Position numbers and translations under genes: made by a program. A stretch of DNA of 64,000 bases, taken from positions 2,693,671 to 2,757,670 of the forward strand of contig NW_003314275.1 of assembly GCF_000143415.4 (NCBI RefSeq), read 5' to 3'. The DNA comes from Selaginella moellendorffii (Eukaryota > Plantae > Lycopodiophyta). The notes under the pieces were generated by a model. The model made no database searches. It saw only the letters and a list, made by a program, of their open reading frames with translations, and was not told the origin of the DNA. This document shows, in pieces, positions 12,743 to 21,080 of this stretch. The number at the start of each line of letters is the position of its first letter. The stretch's first letter is position 1.

Positions 12743-13970
12743 ATGGCGCGCCTTCCGGCGCTGCCGCGCGTGCTCTTCATAATCTTGCTGCTGTCGGTCT
12801 GCGACCGGGCTCCATTCTTCGATCACGCAGATTTGCGATGGTAAGCGAGCTCGGCACGAGGAAAGCTCTCCGGACGTAGAGTACCAGATTCTCGAGTCCG
12901 ATGAGCTCTATTTCGGGGATCTGGAGCGCGATGAAGCCGAGATTTCGGTGGAATTGGATGGCGTCGAGATCTTATCGGCTCGAACCGCTCTATCCGCTGC
13001 CGAGGTAGGCTTTCCCATGGTATTTTTTTTCTTATGGTTTCATTTGAGCTGGTTTTGAACTTTCCAGAGCCATGAGGAGCCTATGGAGAATACTACTGCC
13101 TGCGAACGACTGAAAAAGGTGACAACTGTTAGCTTGAAGGATTACAAAAGAATGGTGTCGTGGGCAAGCGAAAGTGACAAGTGGAACACCACGATCAAGC
13201 ACAGGCTCGAGCCCGGGGGTGAGGAGTTCAACTTTGCCGCAGCCTCGCACGGTGCTCAAATAGTGACCTCAAGCAGCGATGGGGGTAATCTTCTCAAGGA
13301 TAAGTACTTTCGCAGCCCATGCAAGGCCAAGGAGAAGTCTTTTGTCTTGCAGCTTGCAGAAGAAGTCTTGGTGGATACCGTCGTCATCGAAAATCACGAG
13401 CTCTACTCGTCCAATCCAAGGGAACTAGAGGTTCTGGGAACCCTCAGGTATCCTACAGAAAGCTGGAGGCTCTTGGGAAATGTCGAAGCACAGAATATTT
13501 GTCGACCTCAAAGGTTTGTGCTGCCGAAGCCGGAGTGGGCGAGGTATCTGAAGCTGAGGATACTGTCTCACTATGGGAACGAGTATTACTGCACGTTGAA
13601 TCATCTGCAAATTTTCGGTTCAGGCCTTGAAGGATTGATTGAAGAAGCTCAACCTTACTGTGAGCAGCAGCAGCAGGTAAGAACGTTTTCGTGTCGACTT
13701 TGTGGTTGCTCACAGTCTTTCCATTTCCAGGATGCCACACAAATCCACAAATTGCAGGAAGAGTTAAGGTTAGTCTGTTTTCCATAGCTCATCTATTTGT
13801 CTTTTTTGTCTTCTTAAATTCTTCCCTTTTCCAGGCTACTCAAGAGCCAGATGGCTGACGACGTGTTGTATGTTGCTATTGCTGTCCTGGTTGTAGTGTC
13901 TGCCGTTCTCGTGTATCCGTGGATGGGTACTATCGTATGTTTGGTGGTGATCCACATAGCTACCTCTTGA
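12743..13970 (+). CDS. Mid-SUN domain protein, paralog C, spliced, short
   Basis: Signal-like MARLPALPRVLFIILLLSVC; introns at ~12841, ~13005, ~13677 and ~13769; FNFAAASHGAQIV..KDKYFRSPC..NHELYSSN..LSHYGNEYYCTL; last exon encodes two hydrophobic stretches and ends TGA at 13970. Confidence 0.8.
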
Positions 13971-14031
13971 TTCAAGGCGATAATCCAAACGCTGGCGGTT
14001 TATACTGGCTTTTCTCTTTGCCAGGTTTATA

Positions 14032-14146
14032 ATGGGAAAGCCTGGTCGAGCGGATAAGATCTCGACTCCATCCAACTCCGCGGAAATCTCGGCTTCATCG
14101 CGCTCCAGATCCCCGAAATAAAGCTCCTCGGACTCGAGAATCTGGT
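14032..14146 (-). repeat. Inverted partial copy of exon 2 of SUN paralog C (12883-13019)
   Basis: Reverse complement matches accagattctcgagtccga..gagatcttatcggctcga and aggcttttcccat, with an internal deletion. Confidence 0.85.
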
Positions 14147-14204
14147 GCAGATTCTCGAGAGCTAAGAAAAAGAAAACGCCCCTAGTACAAAGATCACCCG
14201 ACCG

Positions 14205-15087
14205 TGCAGGTCCAGTCTTTTCTGGCATAGAGTCGAAGATGCTTTTGGATTCTTCAAGATGACCGCATTGGGCATATGCTTGGAGGAGCAAAGACTGTAC
14301 AATAGCATCATACACGGGGATTTGGTCGTAAAGTATTAAGTTTTCAGGGTTTAAAAAGCTTCTATGACTGTAGTCCATGACACCATGTTCTTATAAGGCA
14401 TTTCGTGAAATAGCAAACGAGCTTGTTCAAGGTACCCGCATTGGGCAAATGCTTCAACTAAAGCAACTACGTCAAACTCTGGCATAGAATTTTGCAAGCA
14501 TCAATATTTCCAGTAGATGAATATACTTGAAGCATCGTGGTCCAAGAATCAGTCTGGCATCTCATAAAAAAATCGACAAGTCTGTGAGTAGGCTGCCAGC
14601 ATGGCATTCCACGTCATCGGCATCGACCAACTCAGCATGACGTATGCCCGCATATGGCCGTGAATCTCACGTGAACACACTCACCTCGGGCATCTTGCCG
14701 TGGCAGCACTGAGATTCCCAGAGTGGACGAACATTGCCAGGATCGCGTTACATGAAACCATGCAAGAGGACATGTCTTATTTGCTCGGATCTTGAGGACA
14801 CACACGATTGTGTTCTTCTTCTTGCGATCAAGCAGCATGAAAAGAACCAAAATAAGTATTTTCTTTGAGTGCTCAGGATTCTTTGCTTCTTTTCTTCTTT
14901 GTGTGATCGAGCAAGCTGCGCGAGATCATTCAATGACTGTAGCATTACGCTAGAGAATGATGCTACCACTACAAAGAGAATGGAATGCCCCTAGTACAAA
15001 GATCCCTTGACCATGCAGGTCCAGTCTTTTCCAGCATAGAGTTGAAGATGCTTCTGGGTTCTTCAAGATGCCACCATTGGGCATATG
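14205..15087 (-). pseudogene. PPR gene fragments (partly duplicated: 14178-14280 ~ 14988-15087; similar to 9530-9740)
   Basis: LLQAYAQCGHLEESKSIFDSMPEK; ccctagtacaaagatc occurs twice. Confidence 0.65.
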
Positions 15088-15383
15088 TCTGAATGAACGA
15101 GCCTGTGAGAGGAAGATTCAGACCAGTCTCTCCAATACGGACTCACCTAGAGTTTATCGGGATATCCTTTCAGAGGCGACGTCTGATGACATATCATGGT
15201 TGTTGCTTCACCTCAAGCGGCCTCTTGTCAACGGTGTGTGGATTTCGCATCCTTGAAGATAAAGCACCTCTTCAGGGAAACACTTGCCCGCTCAAAGCTG
15301 GAAGACTTGGTGATATTTCTACAGTCCACTGGTGAGAATTTCGAACCACTTTGAGCTCATGGTAACTTCTGAGTTTAGAATTA
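15088..15383 (+). repeat. Inverted, deleted copy of 16042-16401 (3' part of the CR-NTPase ORF plus the adjoining GAGCTCAT-containing TE end)
   Basis: Encodes LNERACERKIQTSLSNTDSPRVYRDILSEATSDDISWLLLHLKRPLV and continues into gaaccactttgagctcat..ggtaactt.gagtttagaatta, the reverse complement of 16042-16094. Confidence 0.85.
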
Positions 15384-16082
15384 GTCCTTAGGTTCTATAA
15401 TATATATACACACTCCAAAAGTTCACAGGACAGAATTTCTCCACTTGGATCATAAGAAAACATTTTTACCAATGCTTAAGTCTATACCAAAATATTATCC
15501 TCTTTCTTTATCACTCTTTGGACTATTAGCGCATAGTTATGGATTTGGTGCATATGGGCATTTTTTTCCACAATAGCTTGATGATCCAAACTTAACAATT
15601 GGTTCATTATCAAAAAATTTACTACATTTACAACAATTAAAGCATGGAGAAAAAGGAATAATTATAAAAGGGCAAAAGTTGCATAATGATTTATTAGTCA
15701 TTAACTTCAAGACAAAATAGTCCAAATACTTTGAATTTAGCTTCAAATTTAAAAGTGCAAGCACTCTTTCACAAGTCACAACTATTAATGCACCAAATCC
15801 TTTATTACAACTTGATAATTGTAGATTGAAAAAAAAATCAATAGTTATTTACATATTTATCCCTACTTGTCTCATATTGTCAAGGAATTTTCAAAACAAT
15901 AGCTGAACACATGGGTTATGGTTTATGGTTTAAACGTCAATGGTTTATGAGGGTTTATAAAACCTACTATACACCATTTTATATATGTACATAAGTTATT
16001 TCAAATAATATTTAAATATAAATAAGGAAACCAGATTATTTTAATTCTAAACTCGCAAGTTACCTGTTGTGAGCTCATGAGC

Positions 16083-17240
16083 TCAAAGTGGTTCAGGCTT
16101 CTGTCTGTGCTCAAAGATGTATTTCCGTAGAGCGCCCAACTCGGGATCAGTGGACCGTAGAAATATCACCATGTCTTCCAGCTTTGTGCGGGCAAGTGTT
16201 TCCGTGAAGAGGTGCTCTATCTTCAAGGATGCGAAATCCAGCAAATATCTGGCACCGTCGACAAGAGGCCGCTTGAAATGAAGCAACAACCATGATATGT
16301 CATCAGACGTCGCCTCTGAAAGGATAGCCCGGTAAACTTTAGGTAAGTCCGTATTGGAGAGACTGGTCTGAATCTTCCTTTCACAGGCTCCGTCATTCAG
16401 ATCGCCAACCTCTGCGTCACGAAGTAGACGAGGAATCCCACCGTACCAGTCGTAGTACAAGTCAGCTGCTTTGATGCGTGCATCCAACCGATCTGCCTCA
16501 TCCAGAAGAGCCACCCGTGGAGACGACTGTTTCGAATACATCTTCCACCGGCGCTCACTCGGCTCGCTCGTCTTCAGCAGTCTATCAGCTTCTTCCCGCA
16601 TTTCCTTGCTCTCAAGCTTCCACAGGCCTAGCAACGCCTCAAACTCGTCCTTATCCCAAGGGTGGACGAAGAACTTGCTTTTGACCCCTATTGGCTTCGC
16701 GCTCTTGATGTTTCTACGACCCGGGGATGGCGCTACCAATATCCTTTTGCCCAGAGGATCTCCACTCTCAATTTTCTGGTCGATGAGGTGAACCACACAT
16801 CGCTGCAATCGACTCAAGGGGTACTCCGTCTTCTCATGGATGGATACCTGGCCTTCGGACGTGAATTCCCAGATAAAGTCCGCGGACTGGTAGACGACGA
16901 CGAAGCTGGTGTTCTCAATGGTCATCTCAATTCCGAACCGGATGAGGAAGTACCAGAGGAATGCCGACTTTCCAACGCCAGGATTCCCGTTGAGGCGTCC
17001 TAACCAATCCATAGACACTGCAGCTTCTATGGCCGAGTAGAGATTATCGAAATCCTTGCGCACGTACAGCCTTGTAATGCCTCGAGGTCCTCTCAGGGTT
17101 CCATATTCCGCAGGCACACTCAAATCTATGAACTTGCCAGCGGCGTATACTTCTGGCTGTTGGTTCAGCACCCCTCCCCACCACGCGCTAAGCGCCGCCC
17201 CGGTTTCGCTCCTAAACTTCCCATCAGTTCGCATACCCAT
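16083..17240 (-). CDS. Crinkler/RHS-type (CR) P-loop NTPase, C-terminally truncated
   Basis: Intronless ORF with LYVRKDF, Walker A GNPGVGKS followed by AFLWYFL, VVHLID (Walker B-like), ILVAPSP, FFVHPWDKDE and WYGGIPR, the motif order of CRN/RHS NTPases. Likely start is Met at 17240. The ORF runs into TE-like sequence after YIFE. Confidence 0.7.
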   Translation of the reverse strand: MGMRTDGKFRSETGAALSAWWGGVLNQQPEVYAAGKFIDLSVPAEYGTLRGPRGITRLYVRKDFDNLYSAIEAAVSMDWLGRLNGNPGVGKSAFLWYFLIRFGIEMTIENTSFVVVYQSADFIWEFTSEGQVSIHEKTEYPLSRLQRCVVHLIDQKIESGDPLGKRILVAPSPGRRNIKSAKPIGVKSKFFVHPWDKDEFEALLGLWKLESKEMREEADRLLKTSEPSERRWKMYSKQSSPRVALLDEADRLDARIKAADLYYDWYGGIPRLLRDAEVGDLNDGACERKIQTSLSNTDLPKVYRAILSEATSDDISWLLLHFKRPLVDGARYLLDFASLKIEHLFTETLARTKLEDMVIFLRSTDPELGALRKYIFEHRQKPEPL

Positions 17241-17315
17241 TCGAGCCCTAATTGGATCTAGGTTAGATGTTCTCCTTTTATTTATACGTTTCGCCTTTTT
17301 ATGGTGTAAAATATT

Positions 17316-18835
17316 CTGACCTAGATCCATTGGTGGAAGATGCGTTTCCACGGCTGGCTCTTCTGTTGGATGCACGTATCAAAGCAGCTGGCTTGTACTG
17401 CGACTGGTACGGTGGGATTCCTCGTCTACTTCGTGAAGCAGAGGTTGGCGATCTGAATGACCGAGCCTGTGAGAGGAATGTTCTGCAATACGGAAGTCTA
17501 TCGGGCTATCCTTTCCGCGGCGACGTCTGACGACATATCGTGGTTGCTGCTTCACTTCAAGCGGCCTCTTGTCAAGGGTGCCAGATACTTGCTGGATTTT
17601 GCATCCTCCAAGATTAAGTATCTCTTCACAGAAACGCTCGTCAGAACAAAACAGGAAGACTTGAGGACACTTGTACAGTCCACTGATCCCGAGCTTGGTG
17701 CTCTACGGGGATATGTCATTGAGCAGGAAGTTGTCCGGCTAGTGCTAGACAGCAATTTGGCTGCCGTCACCTTGGTGAGTGTACTGGTTTTATGTTTTCC
17801 TCCCTTTCATCACAAGTGTTTTGCAGACTGATAACAAGCACTGTAGTCAGTGCCAAGCGCGCGTCATGGAAGAAGGAGCAAACCGTGGGTTGATTGTTTG
17901 TAGACAATGCCGAAAAATCAGGAGTGTGCTCGTTGTCCACTACCTGTTCCTTCCTTGTGGAACTTTGAATCTTTCGAAGGAGAGACAATCCATGAAGGCA
18001 TAAGCACTGGCGGTCTTAGGCTAAGGTATTACAACGGTGATTTGAAAACTGCGCTCCCGGCTGCAGGTAAGGTGTGAGATTTTCTGCTTACAATATTCGC
18101 ATTCCTTCCCATTTGCTGCAGGTCGCAATGCTAAAGACTTTGTGTGGAGGCCAATAAATAAAAGCAACGCTGCTTTCGATTTTGCGATCCCCCCTCGAAG
18201 AGTTGCCTGTAGAAAACAATACGTACCGCTGCCGGGGATCCATGAGGTCCTTGTTGTACTCGTTGTTCCATGCGTCCAGAGCAGCAACACCTTCCTCCAC
18301 GGCCTCCCGTGGCACCGGGTGCTCGCTGGCAACTGTGGCTTGGCCAAGAACCCTCAATCACTCATTGATTCATTTTAGGGAGTATATCTTGGCGTTCTAC
18401 TTAGCTCGAGGCAACTTCGAATGTTTCGGGTACCAGAGCTACCGGGACAAGCATCGGCATGTTTGCAACAAAGCCGTGAAACGTTGCAAATTGCTCGTTT
18501 TAAACGTCACACTTACTTTTGAGTGTGTTATAGGAATTATCCAAGTCAAGATTTTGATCGAAACCTACGAGTTGCTTCAGTTAGCACATCCAGTTGCGGG
18601 CTCCGTGGATAAATTGATCGACCTTGAGTACGACGAGCAGTATGACCTCCATAAAATGACGGTTCGGGAACTCAAGGATTTGGCGAAGTCTTGGGGTCTT
18701 AAAGGCTATTCCTCCCTCAAGAAGGATGCATTGGTCGAGGCATTAAATGCTTGGGAGGAGCCACAAGTGCTTGAAAGCCGAGAGTACGAGAGCAAGTCGT
18801 ACCAAGAAATGTATGGAGATAGAGTTGTCGTTTGA
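17316..18835 (+). pseudogene. Second arm of the CR gene: NTPase C-half, CxxC-CxxC insert, REase-like nuclease domain and C-terminal Rho_N/HEH-like domain; N-terminal deletion, frameshift (~17480) and internal inversion
   Basis: LDARIKAA..WYGGIPRLL and ATSDDISWLLLHFKRPLV duplicate the minus-strand ORF; then GYVIEQ, WRPINKSNAAFDFAIP, (inverted) LGQATVASEHPV, YILAFYL..FECFGYQSY, IIQVKI and LHKMTVRELKDLAKSWGLKGYSSLKKDALVEAL. Confidence 0.65.
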
Positions 18836-18909
18836 TGAAACCTTATATTTTTCTTCATCTCTCTCTTTGATCATCTCTGCCGTGCACGATCCACCAAACT
18901 ATAGAAGGT

Positions 18910-19340
18910 TTAGAAAATGAATCTTAAGAATGTTTGGCTTATCCTTTCAGCCATTGTCTCTGCATTATGCCCAGACTGGGAATATGCCTGGATCACGTAA
19001 TGCGATCCTGTTCGTCCACTCTGCTGCCGCCAAAGAGTTCTTCGATAAGATGCCCGAGGTGAGCATCTCGTCTTGGAATTCTGTCTGGACTTGGAACGCT
19101 GGAGAAATCTGAGCGCATCGTCGCTATGTTCGTTCTCGACGCAGGCACTGATCATGATGTTCCACGAGGTGTTAAAGACATCTACACGGCCACACTTCCC
19201 ATGCATTTGAACTTGGCATCGCGATCGCGGGTTCTAACGCCGCTGCTCTCTTTTCCTCTAACGAGATCTCTCGCGACACAGCACTCCCGCAGAGCTGGGA
19301 GTGGCGTTCCACGAAATCTTCCAGTGACGAACAAGCGATC
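18910..19340 (-). pseudogene. PPR gene fragments
   Basis: MHGKCG..VFNTSWNIMISACVENEHSDDAL and QAYSQSGH; AAAKEFFDKMPEVSISSWNS lies on the opposite strand. Confidence 0.6.
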
Positions 19341-19390
19341 AAGCGTTGGTTCATACACGATGGGATTTTTACAAAGGATTTTTCTCTCTT

Positions 19391-21037
19391 TCACTGCCAG
19401 CTCCTCGTCTTCGTTCTCGCGGCGACGATCCAACACAAGCAAGCTCCAATGGCGCTGGCGGCGCTGAGAGCCGCGAATCCTCCTCGAAAGCAATGACCCC
19501 CATGGCACACCAATTCCCGGCCAGCCTCGCGATCATAGAAGTAGCCCACCACCCTGGACGAGAGAAGATAATGGCCGACTGGATTCCCCACGAAGAGAGC
19601 GTTGAACACCACGCCCAGCCTCCTCTCTCCAAACATCTCGCAGGCTATGGCGGCGGTGAGCCCCCAGTTCAGTCCATCGCTCGCCGCTCCCAGCACCGCC
19701 GCGAAGATCGTCGCTCCAGGGACCGGGACCGCCGCCAGCGCCGTGCCGATCGAGTTGGAGGCCATCCCCAGCGCCAGAAACGTGGATTTGGGGGTGCCAA
19801 ATCGCTCCAGGCAGTAGTCCGCGGCCAGGCCGGCGGCGATCCTCGCGAAGCAGCTACTCACGCAGAAGAGCGACACGAAAACGGGGCCTATCTTCTGCGA
19901 GTAGCCGAGCGAGATCGCGAGCTGGGTGAGATTGGTGGAGACTGCATTGGCGGCGCCGAATCCAAACACCAGCGCAACGAACAGTAGCCAGAAATCCACG
20001 CTGGTGGCGACCTGGGCAAGCGTGTGATCGTCGCCAAGTCTAGGTGGTGGTGATGTTCTTCCTGTCTCGTGATCTTTGGTCGCCCCTGTTTCTAGCAGAG
20101 CCTCTGTTCTTCCAGCTGGTTCCTTCTCGTCGTGATCTAGCAGGGCCTCCCTCGCAGATCCTGCTACCTTGCGATCTAGCACTCCCCTTCGCGATATCAG
20201 CTGTTCCTCACGATCCAGCAAAGTTGCATTCCAATCTTTGTCTTGGAATCCCGCCACCAACGCGATCACAGCCAGTAGCAGCAGCAAGAGCACGATGATC
20301 GAGCAGACAATCACCTGTGTACCACGAGTGAATCGCATGAACACCTCAAGAACACTCACGACCAGGAGCCACGCTGCTAGCGCCACCAGGCATCCAGACA
20401 TGCCGTACATGACACCGTACGACGCTGGCGGAGACCCCGCCGTACGAGAGATGGGCCTTGCCGCGAGAGCCAATGGAAGCATGAGAGGGATCATCCACGA
20501 GAGCATCAACGGGAGCCCATCGCCGCTACCACCGCCGCCACCAATCGCGTAGAACGCCTGGAGGAAGATCGATCCGCCCAACACATGGTAGCCCTTGACC
20601 AATCCCAGCACCGCGCCCGTGTCGCGGCCGAAATTCCTGGCGCTCGCCAGCACCACCGGCGTCTGGACCGACGCCTGGGAGATCCCGATCAGGAGCTCGT
20701 AGAGACAGAGCTGCCACACCGCGGCGCCATGGATCCGGTGCGTGATGGTGAGCCAGATCATGAGGAGCGCCAAGCTCTGGCCGGCAGCTCCGGCGGCGAG
20801 CAGCAGCCATGGCGGGACTAGGGCGTAGAGAAGTCCTGGGATGATCCCGAGCGCGCTGCCGACGCCCGAGAAGGTGACGATCGCCGTCAGGGTCTTTTGA
20901 TCCAGCGCCATGGCGATCTTCATCGCCTGGGAGTAGCCGCTGAAAGTGTAGATCGAGGAATTCAACGCCATGATCCAGCAGCTGGCCGCCAGCGCGATCC
21001 ATCGGCTGTTCCTGAGATCCCGGAGCCCATATTCCAT
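19391..21037 (-). CDS. Nodulin-like / NFD4-like major facilitator superfamily transporter
   Basis: Intronless 548 aa; RWIALAASCWIM..YTFSGYS, NFGRDTGAVLGLVKG, PRLGDDHTLAQ..DFWLLF, C-terminal CHGGHCF. Confidence 0.9.
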   Translation of the reverse strand: MEYGLRDLRNSRWIALAASCWIMALNSSIYTFSGYSQAMKIAMALDQKTLTAIVTFSGVGSALGIIPGLLYALVPPWLLLAAGAAGQSLALLMIWLTITHRIHGAAVWQLCLYELLIGISQASVQTPVVLASARNFGRDTGAVLGLVKGYHVLGGSIFLQAFYAIGGGGGSGDGLPLMLSWMIPLMLPLALAARPISRTAGSPPASYGVMYGMSGCLVALAAWLLVVSVLEVFMRFTRGTQVIVCSIIVLLLLLLAVIALVAGFQDKDWNATLLDREEQLISRRGVLDRKVAGSAREALLDHDEKEPAGRTEALLETGATKDHETGRTSPPPRLGDDHTLAQVATSVDFWLLFVALVFGFGAANAVSTNLTQLAISLGYSQKIGPVFVSLFCVSSCFARIAAGLAADYCLERFGTPKSTFLALGMASNSIGTALAAVPVPGATIFAAVLGAASDGLNWGLTAAIACEMFGERRLGVVFNALFVGNPVGHYLLSSRVVGYFYDREAGRELVCHGGHCFRGGFAALSAASAIGACLCWIVAARTKTRSWQ

Positions 21038-21080
21038 CGCAAATAACTCCTATCGATCAACTCATCTGTCACGATCGCTG

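Noticed and set aside
15344-16094. Apparent MITE with TIRs gaaccactttgagctcat
   Set aside because: The inverted match extends ~250 bp outward into CR coding sequence and there is no TSD, so it is an inverted duplication rather than a TIR pair.
17241-17375. First 45 codons of the 430-aa ORF (MHPTEEPAVETH...)
   Set aside because: They are the antisense of the duplicated arm plus the AT-rich spacer; the real start is more likely Met at 17240.
18021-18060. FQITVV on the minus strand, resembling an REase QxT motif
   Set aside because: The plus strand here is a spliced in-frame exon (RYYNGDLKTALPAA), and the true motif is supplied by QATV..HP in the inversion; likely coincidence.
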